Part shown: positions 7,636 through 16,046 of the stretch, in pieces
Numbering within the stretch: the stretch's first letter is position 1
Layout: the number at the start of each line of letters is the position of its first letter
Origin: a plasmid
Length of the DNA: 25,054 nt
Strand: one strand, 5' to 3'
Sequence record: NZ_CP007673.1
Notes under the pieces: model-generated
Database searches by the model: none
What the model was told of the DNA's origin: nothing
Seen by the model: the letters and a program-made list of their open reading frames with translations, nothing else
Translations under genes and position numbers: made by a program

Positions 7636-8429
7636 GGTTCTGTTGCAAAGTTAAAAAATAAGTGTCTAACCTTATGTTTAAAATAATACTTCGTATTAAC
7701 TAGCTAGCATGATGCTAATTACACGGCATGGCGAAAACCCGTAGATCTGAAGAGATCTGCGGTTCTTTTTATATAGTCCATAAATACATTCAATGCCTTT
7801 GATCGTATTCTTTGCCGTATTGATACTTTGATAACTTATTTTCCTTACTTTGATATGACGATGATCTTGTTCAATGAGATTATTTAAATATTTAGAGGTA
7901 CAATGACAGTTGGGGGTAAGTTTAAAATCTTTAATCACTTTGGACATTGCCACCTTCGTTGAAGGAGCTTGGTCTATAATTATCATTTGAGGTTTGCCAA
8001 ATTGTTTAATAAGACGTTTAATAAACGTATATGCTGAGTGATTATCTCGTTTCTTACGTAACGAAATATCTAGTGTATGGCCATCTGCATCAATAGCGCG
8101 ATATAAATAATTCCATTGCCCTTTAATTTTGATATACGTCTCATCTATATGCCATTTATAATAAGCTTGCTTATTCTTTTTCTTCCAAATTTGATACAAA
8201 ATAGGAGCATATTCCTGTACCTATCGATAAATTGTTGAATGATGAACATAGATGCCTCGTTCTCTCAATATTTCAGATATATCACGATAACTTAATGCAT
8301 ATCTTAGATAGTAGCCAACGGCTACAGTAATGACATCTTTGTCAAATTGCTTATATCTGAAATAATTCATCCTCTGCACCTCATTTTTTGTTGACTATTA
8401 TACTATATTTCTAACTTTGCAACAGAACC
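7636..8429 (-). mobile_element. IS257/IS431 copy 2 (inverted) with a defective transposase
   Basis: IRs lie at 7636-7652 and 8413-8429. The transposase frame (7696-8370, minus) carries TGG to TAG (tcgatAggtacagg versus tcgatGggtacagg in copy 3). The flank TTAAATTA at 8430-8437 matches the flank of copy 3. Confidence 0.85.
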
Positions 8430-8437
8430 TTAAATTA

Positions 8438-8544
8438 TCTATTTTCTTTTCTCTCCACGGACGTTGTTTCCCACTTTTTGTAACATCTTTGAGTGTTTCG
8501 TTATCTTGATTTCCGTCTATATATTTTGTATGATTGTCTTGCAT
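8438..8544 (-). pseudogene. N-terminal 36 codons of the Rep_1 gene, separated from its body by circular permutation and IS257
   Basis: RBS GGAGG precedes MQDNHTKYIDGNQDNETLKDVTKSGKQRPWREKKIDNL. Joining 8438 to 10807 across the 8-bp repeat TTAAATTA restores the reading frame into ..SYADILEIL.. of the Rep body. Confidence 0.6.
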
Positions 8545-8699
8545 ATAAAAAGACCTCCAGTAGTTGTTTATTGAGTAGACGCTTTAATCATACTACTGGT
8601 GTTTTTTTATGTCAAAAATTCCTTTCAACACAAAAAATAGCCGAAAACCCTTATATATCAAAGTCTACGGCCATAAATTAAAAATCGAGTTATTTCTAT

Positions 8700-8745
8700 A
8701 TAGTATCAAGACAAGAAGAAACTCGTTTTCAACTCGTTTCCAAAA
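8700..8745 (-). other. pC194-family dso nick region (inverted copy)
   Basis: The reverse complement reads gaaacgagttgaaaacgagtttcttcttgtcttgatactata, lying upstream of the rep N-terminus on the minus strand. Confidence 0.5.
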
Positions 8746-8747
8746 AC

Positions 8748-8930
8748 CTATTCCTCAATCCTATTTTTTTGAAAATAATAAGTAAGCAACATACCTGAAA
8801 TAGCAGCTGCTACACCTCCGATAAACCTAGCAACCCAAATATTGATAGGCATACTCTCAAAAATCATTAATATAAAATTTCCAACAAAAGCAGATATACA
8901 GATTATCAAAAAAACTTTTAAACCAGTCAT
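8748..8930 (-). CDS. Hypothetical small membrane protein, 60 aa (MTGLKVFLIICISAFVG...)
   Basis: RBS AAAGGAG precedes the ATG at 8930 (the track ORF starts further upstream). The product has two TM helices. It occupies the position taken by cadDX on the other arm. Confidence 0.35.
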   Translation of the reverse strand: MTGLKVFLIICISAFVGNFILMIFESMPINIWVARFIGGVAAAISGMLLTYYFQKNRIEE

Positions 8931-8989
8931 AAAAACACTCCTTTTTATTAACACTAACTAAAAATATTGCTTTATTCCAATTGCTTTAT

Positions 8990-9120
8990 TGACGTTGAGC
9001 CTCGGAACCCTTAACAATCCCAAAACTTGTCGAATGGTCGGCTTAATAGCTCACGCTATGCCGACATTCGTCTACAAGTTTAGTTAAGGGTTCTTCTCAA
9101 CGTCAATAAATTTTCTCGGC
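8990..9120. other. ssoA-like palindrome (inverted copy of 4690-4830)
   Basis: The same long palindrome is present, with a TAGCGT-containing centre (gctcacgctatgcc). Confidence 0.45.
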
Positions 9121-9926
9121 ATAAATGCATGTTTGATTATGCGTGTAACTATACCTTAAATAAAGCATTAATTGTGCACTGATTTACTAATTATTATCCC
9201 TTACTTTCATTCACACTATAATCAACACCTTAATTCTAAACATCTGAAGTAATCATAATTTTTAAACCTAATAAAATTCGTGACTATCTTAGTTAAACTC
9301 TGTTTAATTAAGATTTTTTATTTTTCGTTATCCAAGAGGCGCATTTACATACTTAAAAATGCGTCGAGCTAAAACCAAAATTTACATGTAATAATCGAAT
9401 ATACTTATTTTGCATTTTAAGGGGGTATTTAGAACGAACTTTAAAAATATATAGTTTTATAACTGTATTATCTTATTTGTTTCTTAAAACGCAAATATGA
9501 GCCAAATAAATATATTCTGATTTTATAATCAAAAATTCGATCAAACCCAGTGTCGATTTTTCGGACACTGCCCATTTACATGCAAATTAAAAATTAGCAT
9601 AAAATCCTTTAAAACTTCCCCCATGTTTTTCTAAATTCCTGCAGGGCGCTTTTTATCAAAAATCGAGAATTTTAAATTTTCTCTAAGAACTCCGTAAGAG
9701 CATAAGGAGAATTTGCTATCATTCAAAAATGATAGGTCTGGCAAAGCCAGACATTCCAAGGGTTTTAAGTAATTTTAAAGTGATATCATAAAAAGCTGTA
9801 GTGTCACACTTTTGTGACACAATATATTGCGCTTGTCACAGTTTTGTGACACTACATACAGCATTTGTCACAAAAATAAGACAGTACTTTTTTACAAAAA
9901 ATCAATAAAAAAGACATCAGTCATCA

Positions 9927-10815
9927 CTAATGTCTTAAATAATAATTTTGTTTTTCAAAATTCCAAATTGCCGTAATTGAATGTGCTTTTGCTTCTTCAT
10001 CTGTTGTTTTATCTTCATCACTTGTATTAATTAAATTACCATCTTCAGCATCGTCTAAGTTTAAAATTTTATGCTTTTGTTTAAGCAGTCCACCATAACT
10101 TAACATACGTTTTCGATATAAACCTTTTTCTAAATCACTTACAATTTCTTGATTTTTTTCGTCATTGTCAGTTAAAAAATCAGATGACTTAACCGAATAT
10201 TTTGATGTCTCTTTGATTGCCGATTCAATATCTTTATCGCCTTTTTGATTAGGTTTAATTGCTTTAATATTTGCAACAGGTCGATAATCAACTTGTAATG
10301 CTTTTTGCCATAAATAGACCCATTCTTCTTGAGTTATATAATTAGATTTATTTTTAAAATAACTATTTTCAACACATAATAAAACATGCATATGTTGATT
10401 ATAACTACCGTCATTTTTATTAACGGTAACTTCTGTCGAACGCAAAAATCCAACAAGATTTTGTTTAACTTTTTTATATCTACTTAACCTATCAAATGCT
10501 TTCGTTAAGTGTTTCAAACTTTGTTCTAAAGTATCTCCATCTATCGCATTTCGTGTTGAAAGTGTTAAGAATAACCAACGTGCTTTAGGCTTTTCTTTGA
10601 TAACTTCTTTAATAACTTTTTCAGCTTGATAACTATTTTTCATAGCACGCCTCCAATTACAAACTGGACATAATTTTGATTTACAAAACCATGTCTTATG
10701 TAATTTCAAATAACCTTCATCAGTCGGCTTGAACTCTAAGACGTTACCACACTGTTTTACGTTATAAGCCTTTTTAATTTTTAAAATTTCTAGTATATCT
10801 GCATAACTTAAATTA
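9927..10815 (-). pseudogene. rep: Rep_1 (pC194/pUB110-family) RC replication initiator body, with the 5' end cut off by IS257
   Basis: HFCK.RLCP.C.WRR-like FCKSKLCPVCNWRR and the HMHVLL metal motif are present, and the sequence aligns with pUB110 Rep. The open frame continues upstream of the track ORF to the IS257 junction at 10815 (..NLSYADILEILKIKKAYNVKQCGNVLEFKPTDEGYLKLHKTW..). Confidence 0.8.
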
Positions 10816-11609
10816 GGTTCTGTTGCAAAGTTAGAAATATAGTATAATAGTCAACAAAAAATGAGGTGCAGAGGATGAATTATTTCAGATATAAGCAATT
10901 TGACAAAGATGTCATTACTGTAGCCGTTGGCTACTATCTAAGATATGCATTAAGTTATCGTGATATATCTGAAATATTGAGAGAACGAGGCATCTATGTT
11001 CATCATTCAACAATTTATCGATGGGTACAGGAATATGCTCCTATTTTGTATCAAATTTGGAAGAAAAAGAATAAGCAAGCTTATTATAAATGGCATATAG
11101 ATGAGACGTATATCAAAATTAAAGGGCAATGGAATTATTTATATCGCGCTATTGATGCAGATGGCCATACACTAGATATTTCGTTACGTAAGAAACGAGA
11201 TAATCACTCAGCATATACGTTTATTAAACGTCTTATTAAACAATTTGGCAAACCTCAAATGATAATTACAGACCAAGCCCCTTCAACGAAGGTGGCAATG
11301 TCCAAAGTGATTAAAGATTTTAAACTTACCCCCAACTGTCATTGTAACTCTAAATATTTAAATAATCTCATTGAACAAGATCATCGTCATATCAAAGTAA
11401 GGAAAATAAGTTATCAAAGTATCAATACGGCAAAGAATACGATCAAAGGCATTGAATGTATTTATGGACTATATAAAAAGAACCGCAGATCTCTTCAGAT
11501 CTACGGGTTTTCGCCATGCCGTGTAATTAGCATCATGCTAGCTAGTTAATACGAAGTATTATTTTAAACATAAGGTTAGACACTTATTTTTTAACTTTGC
11601 AACAGAACC
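10816..11609 (+). mobile_element. IS257/IS431 copy 3 with an intact 224-aa transposase (CDS 10875-11549)
   Basis: IRs GGTTCTGTTGCAAAGTT lie at 10816 and (inverted) at 11593-11609. The transposase MNYFRYKQFDKDV... to ...IMLAS is uninterrupted. The left flank at 10808-10815 is TTAAATTA. Confidence 0.9.
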
Positions 11610-11713
11610 AAGAAATCGATCCCACTGAATACCTTTACCAAATTTATTATATTTGGAATCAGAAAGAGTACCTGGCAAGTGAACTTCACGAACTTACCGA
11701 AGAAGAACAATAA
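11610..11713 (+). pseudogene. C-terminal remnant of an unidentified gene abutting the IS257 right end (..EIDPTEYLYQIYYIWNQKEYLASELHELTEEEQ*)
   Basis: The open frame begins at the IS boundary and ends at TAA 11711-11713. It has no start codon of its own. Confidence 0.35.
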
Positions 11714-11731
11714 AAAAATATAAAAATATTT

Positions 11732-11779
11732 TGAGAGTTGACCACCCACATTTGTAGTTTACGGAGAACGCGGGTGGTC
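11732..11779. terminator. Perfect 17-bp-stem hairpin (ttgagagttgaccaccc / gggtggtcaactctcaa)
   Basis: The hairpin has a loop of about 14 nt and is followed by an A/T-rich run. It may terminate the truncated upstream gene. Confidence 0.4.
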
Positions 11780-12636
11780 AACTCTCAAAATTTATTTCTT
11801 AAAAATTTATTTGTTGTTCTGATGAGCGATGAACGACTAAAAAAGTATAATGCTATTTTCTATCATTACACTTTTTTTATACGCTTATTATACTTTCGTT
11901 ATACTCTTTTTGTCGCTACACGAACTATGTGATCAAACGGCACGTTTGCCCATTTAAAATGCAAATTCGGAACGATTTATTGCTAATTTTTAAATTTGCA
12001 TGTAAATGGGCAGTACGTAAAAATCGCCCGTCCTGGTGTCGAAAAAACGAACAGAAAAAATAAAATTAAAATATAGTAATCTTTTTATTTTTTACAGGTA
12101 GGTTTCCCCATAATTTAGTACTGCATCAGAAATTTATCTGTACTTAGAAATGACGACGTATTTTTTCTATACGTTTATGACATTTATTCTACATTGATCC
12201 AAATCATAAAAATGTGTTTAAAATGTCCTAAAAAGGTTTTAAAAGGACGATTTTTTTATATTACGTATTTTTGTACTCAAAATTAGAGAATGCTCTAAAT
12301 GACCTCTTAAAACGCAAAAAAAATATATATCAAAAAGACATGTATTTTTAAAAAAATTGATGTGTATGATGCATGTCTTTTGTGTATGTTTTATATACAT
12401 AAAGTATATGTATACGTAACCTGTATGTATACATAACGTTATGGTTTTTATACATATGAGTTAAAAAAGTGATGTCACTTTTTTTCTAGGAAAAATAACT
12501 CGGCACTGCCGAGTTCACCACGTTATGGGTCTGCCAAAATATAAAAGTGGTGGCACTTTCCCTTATGCTCATGACTTTATGTATAAAAGTTAGAGGTACT
12601 TTTATGCCGAGAAAACTTTTTGAGAGATTATTTTTT

Positions 12637-13125
12637 TTATTTTTTACTTTTATTTTCTTCAAATATTTTGTAAATCTCTTTATGAGTAAATAAAAGATAG
12701 AAGCATAAAGAATAAATGAAAATTTGAAAATATAAGTTTATATGAATGTTGTAGAAAATCTTCAAAATTATTAAGTTTAATACGATCATATTAGCAGTTA
12801 TAAAGAATATGAATAAGATAATATTATTAAATTTCTTTTTGTATTTTATATGTAAAAATATTATAAAAAGTTCAAGAAAAATAAATATTAGATAAGTTAC
12901 TATAAAGAATAATGCAATATAGCCAATGTTATAAAACATATTATTTGAATACCAATTTATTGTTATTAAAGAACTTATATTTAAATTATCTGCTAATGAT
13001 TGGAAACCTATTATGCTAAAAAATGGTATTGAGAATACTAATACGGATATAGGTATGATTATTATTCCGAGTAAGAACGTTACAATTATAAAGTTCAATA
13101 AGTACTCTTTGTTTACTTTTTTCAT
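12637..13125 (-). CDS. Hypothetical polytopic membrane protein (162 aa, about 5 TM, very Phe/Ile-rich)
   Basis: The long ORF is divergent from the secreted-protein gene. It has no recognisable catalytic motifs. A hairpin pair at 12466-12520 lies downstream on the minus strand. Confidence 0.55.
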   Translation of the reverse strand: MKKVNKEYLLNFIIVTFLLGIIIIPISVLVFSIPFFSIIGFQSLADNLNISSLITINWYSNNMFYNIGYIALFFIVTYLIFIFLELFIIFLHIKYKKKFNNIILFIFFITANMIVLNLIILKIFYNIHINLYFQIFIYSLCFYLLFTHKEIYKIFEENKSKK

Positions 13126-13186
13126 AATGAATTTAATTCCTTTTATGTATATAATATTTAATAATAAAAAATTTTAACATTTATAA

Positions 13187-13813
13187 TTGGAGGATAAAAG
13201 TCATATAAAGAATTTAAAAAGTTTTTTTATTAAAAATACTTTGGTACTAACATCTACTGCATTATTATTTTCTAGTTTTGAACCTGTAGTTCATGCTGCA
13301 GAAAATAAGGAAGTTGTTAAAACAGTAGAAAATGATAATGTAGAATTCAATGAATTGTTAGAAGGACAAGAATATATTTGGGAAGTTTTATCTAGAGATG
13401 ATGAAGGATTTAAAATGTTTCTAGATGAGCAAAGAGCTTTTAATCCTAATTTTGATAATGATGTTTTACTAGCAAAACAAGAAGGTGCTTTAAATTCTTC
13501 AGTATTTGCTAATAATTCTATGACTTTAAACTCAAATAAGCCTACTCCTAGAGGTCCTATCGGTGCAACTTTAAAAGCTATTAAGGCTCTATCACCTTCT
13601 TTGAGACATGGTGGAACTGCTATATCTTGGATCATTAAACCATTAAGTAGAAAACATGCTGTTCTAGTAAAAAAATATTCAAGAAAGATGTCTAATGCAA
13701 TTGATAGGTTAGATAAGTCTACGAAATCAGCTGTTGAAAATGCTTTTGTTAAAGCAGGTATACCAAGAAGTGATGCGAAAACTTTAACTTATATTGTATT
13801 TTTAGTTATTTAG
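13187..13813 (+). CDS. Hypothetical secreted protein (signal peptide ..TALLFSSFEPVVHA|AENKE, mature about 175 aa). The start codon is uncertain.
   Basis: RBS GGAGGA lies at 13189-13194, but the only in-frame codon at proper spacing is ATA (13205). The track start is TTG at 13187 with no RBS. A strong terminator follows. Confidence 0.5.
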   Translation: MEDKSHIKNLKSFFIKNTLVLTSTALLFSSFEPVVHAAENKEVVKTVENDNVEFNELLEGQEYIWEVLSRDDEGFKMFLDEQRAFNPNFDNDVLLAKQEGALNSSVFANNSMTLNSNKPTPRGPIGATLKAIKALSPSLRHGGTAISWIIKPLSRKHAVLVKKYSRKMSNAIDRLDKSTKSAVENAFVKAGIPRSDAKTLTYIVFLVI

Positions 13814-13825
13814 ATATTGAGCTGA

Positions 13826-13866
13826 CTTGCCCTAAGATTTTATAAAATCTTAGGGCAAGTTTTTTC
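13826..13866 (+). terminator. Intrinsic terminator
   Basis: cttgccctaagatttt / aaaatcttagggcaag is a 16-bp stem followed by TTTTTTC. Confidence 0.8.
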
Positions 13867-14119
13867 TTTTTTCTTATCTTGATAAAGTAGTATTTTCAAT
13901 TTGTGATTGGGGTGATGATTTTCTAGATACAGTTAAAATTAATAATCATAGATAATGAGAGAACCTACAATTATCATAAGTTTTCACCTAAAAAGGATAT
14001 ATTAAAGTTTTACAAATCTTTAATGCACCTTTTAGAGTGTTTTTAAATCTATTCTTTAATAGACTATAATATTCACTATTTATTACACCGTTTTTTCTTT
14101 AGATTAATGAATTTAGGTG

Positions 14120-14160
14120 ATGATTTTGAACTGCGTTTCTTCTTTTGTCTTGATACTATA
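14120..14160 (+). other. Third pC194-type dso-like sequence, with an intact CTTGATA motif
   Basis: ggtgatgattttgaactgcgtttcttcttttgtcttgatactataaaaaacg resembles 5870-5915. Confidence 0.45.
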
Positions 14161-14287
14161 AAAAACGAAGTTATATAACATAAGACGACTTATCGGAAGT
14201 AGATATGCTTGTATATTCACAGATGGTATAATAATAGAGTCGCCTATCTCTCAGGCGTCAATTGACGAAGAGAGGAGGTGCATTACT

Positions 14288-14380
14288 TTGCTAATCATTT
14301 TCGTTCACATCATAGCACCAGTCATCAGTGGCTGTGCTGTTGCGTATTATACTTATTGGCTTAGTAAACGCAACAAATAA
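14288..14380 (+). CDS. PepA1/SprA1-like (Fst-family) type I toxin, 30 aa (MLIIFVHIIAPVISGCAVAYYTYWLSKRNK)
   Basis: RBS GGAGGTG lies 7 nt upstream of the TTG start. The peptide is nearly identical in pattern to S. aureus PepA1 (..FVHIIAPVISGC...YWLS.RN.K). An extended -10 promoter TGgTATAAT lies at 14224-14232. The ORF is below the track cutoff. Confidence 0.6.
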   Translation: MLIIFVHIIAPVISGCAVAYYTYWLSKRNK

Positions 14381-14407
14381 TTAATAGGCGACTTTATAAG
14401 CCAGCAT

Positions 14408-14473
14408 CGAAAAAATCCCCACACTACTGCAATAGTGTGGGGATTGGTGCATTAATTGTTAATCATTTTCGTT
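14408..14473 (-). ncRNA. Candidate antisense RNA (SprA1AS-like) of TA locus 2
   Basis: The minus-strand promoter has -35 TTGCAT (complement of 14504-14509) and an extended -10 TGTTATAAT (complement of 14480-14488). Its 5' region is the complement of 14458-14473, which is a direct repeat of 14291-14304 (taatcattttcgtt) and so is complementary to the toxin start region in trans. A 13-bp-stem terminator lies at 14414-14445, with a T-run on the minus strand. Confidence 0.4.
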
Positions 14474-14561
14474 ATATAAATTATAACACTGGTTAGTAGA
14501 GAAATGCAAAAACTACTGTTTGCGACAGAAAACTATGGAGGGTTACTGTGGTTGTTGAGCT

Positions 14562-15731
14562 TTAACACATTAATAATTCATTATACAATTCTCGTCTTTC
14601 TTGATTGGATTTATTTCCAAAGTTAGTATTATTATACCAATTTATAACGTTTTGTATAGAAGTGTTAGAAGCATTCTTATTATAGGTGAAATACCCAGAT
14701 AAATAGGAAATATAATCAATTCTTGATGGTTCTCTTAGACTATTGATATCAATAAAGTTCAAGGCATCTTCTAAGCCGTTTAATGTCATTTTAAAACACT
14801 TTCTTAATTGATCGGGCTCTAACTCATTTAAAAAAGATCCTTTGGCATCTGACGGGATGGGACTGTAATTTGAAGTATGATTTTTTTTACCACTCACTAT
14901 TTCAAAAGCAGAATTGAGTGTGGCTAAAGGTATAGAGACCTCTGTATTTTTTTGTATAAATAGATGGTCAAGTCCGGCCATTTCCAATCTATCTCTAAAA
15001 ATGTTGGAGTATTCTTTATAAAAATCCAAGCCTTTTATTTGTAATTTAGTGAGCTTCATTTGAAGCTCAGGAACTCTACTACCCGCCAAATTTAGAACGT
15101 CAAACCATTCAATTTGTTCTTCACCAGATAAGTCTTGAGCATAGTTAATGGTATAAAAATAATTAAAAAATTTGGTGCGTATTTGTCCTAGAATAGATGA
15201 TACAGAGAATTCTGCTAATTTCGGATTGAATCTAAGATACTCAGTATAGACCTCAGGATCTTTATTGTATAAAACACCAACAGGTATTTGATTTTTACTT
15301 GGCTTTTTTTCTTTTAAATTGACAAATTTCCCTTTAGTTAAATCTAGCGCTATTTCTTGTATTGATTCATCATTTGAATAAGCTTGATAATTCGTTGAAA
15401 TTCTTTGTTGCCCATCTATCACACTTAGACTACCTTCATTTAATTCTTCTATTTCAGTTCTACTTAATAGCTTTACGTGGGGCATCCCCTTACTTTTAGG
15501 ACCAATTCTATTCATTGAAATAGGAGAAACCGGAGCAAAACCTCCTAATTGAAAATTGTATAAGTCTATTTTCTTTTCGGCTGTCCAAGATAAATCGCGC
15601 TGAAAGATTGGCATAATAACTTGACCTGAATCCACATCAGAACATAATTGGTTAATTGATTTTTGGATAGTTTCTTTGGTAGGATCATTGAATGCATTTT
15701 CATTTAATTTTTTATTTAATCTAATTGACAT
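14562..15731 (-). CDS. Solo DUF262 protein (ParB/Srx-like NTPase domain with a DGQQR motif, GmrSD N-terminal-domain-like). No DUF1524/HNH partner is present.
   Basis: MPIFQRDLSWT and SVIDGQQRIST are the two DUF262 signature motifs, and a later FDVLNLAGSRVPELQ block also matches. The ATG at 15731 has RBS AAAGGAG (the track's TTG at 15737 is less likely). The C-terminal 150 aa are Asn/Tyr-rich and lack His-Me finger motifs. Confidence 0.7.
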   Translation of the reverse strand: MSIRLNKKLNENAFNDPTKETIQKSINQLCSDVDSGQVIMPIFQRDLSWTAEKKIDLYNFQLGGFAPVSPISMNRIGPKSKGMPHVKLLSRTEIEELNEGSLSVIDGQQRISTNYQAYSNDESIQEIALDLTKGKFVNLKEKKPSKNQIPVGVLYNKDPEVYTEYLRFNPKLAEFSVSSILGQIRTKFFNYFYTINYAQDLSGEEQIEWFDVLNLAGSRVPELQMKLTKLQIKGLDFYKEYSNIFRDRLEMAGLDHLFIQKNTEVSIPLATLNSAFEIVSGKKNHTSNYSPIPSDAKGSFLNELEPDQLRKCFKMTLNGLEDALNFIDINSLREPSRIDYISYLSGYFTYNKNASNTSIQNVINWYNNTNFGNKSNQERRELYNELLMC

Positions 15732-15831
15732 ACTCAATAACTCCTTTTGCTGCTTGTTAATATAACGTTAAATCTAAGACGTCAAAAAGTCAATTATTTT
15801 TTAGCAGCGTTTTATAAATAGCGAAATATAA

Positions 15832-15895
15832 ATAAATAATGCTATAAAAATACAAGCAGCTAATTTAAGCTGCTTGTATTTTTATAGCATTATTT
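15832..15895. promoter_or_regulatory. Perfect 29-bp-arm palindrome about 100 bp upstream of the DUF262 gene
   Basis: ataaataatgctataaaaatacaagcagc - taatttaa - gctgcttgtatttttatagcattatttat. Confidence 0.45.
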
Positions 15896-16046
15896 ATATT
15901 GGTTTTATGACTTTATAATGTCGAACGACTTATCCTAATCTATTTGATATTTTTTGAATGATGATCGTCTCTCTTTTCTTTCTCTTATTTGCGCTGCTTC
16001 TAATCTTTTCTTCATATTTTTACTTTTTATTGGAATTGTACGTTTA

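Noticed and set aside
8493-8681. 62-aa + strand ORF
   Set aside because: It is antisense to the rep N-terminal fragment and its promoter/dso region and has no RBS. It is spurious.
11738-11932. 64-aa ORF MTTHICSLRRTRVVNSQ...
   Set aside because: It starts inside the 17-bp hairpin, has no RBS, and has an Arg/Leu-rich product typical of noncoding AT-rich DNA.
13291-13635. 114-aa minus-strand ORF
   Set aside because: It lies entirely antisense within the secreted-protein gene.
4530-14160. Possibility that the repeated 40-bp dso-like sequences form a CRISPR array
   Set aside because: Only four copies are present. They are irregularly spaced (1.3-5.4 kb), in both orientations, and each sits in a conserved RC-plasmid context, so they are origins rather than CRISPR repeats. 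No cas genes are present.
15950-16030. 26-aa minus-strand ORF MKKRLEAAQIRERKERRSSFKKYQID next to the res half-site
   Set aside because: It is too short and lacks an RBS. It is probably a fragment of a res-adjacent gene lost in the rearrangement, and the call cannot be supported.
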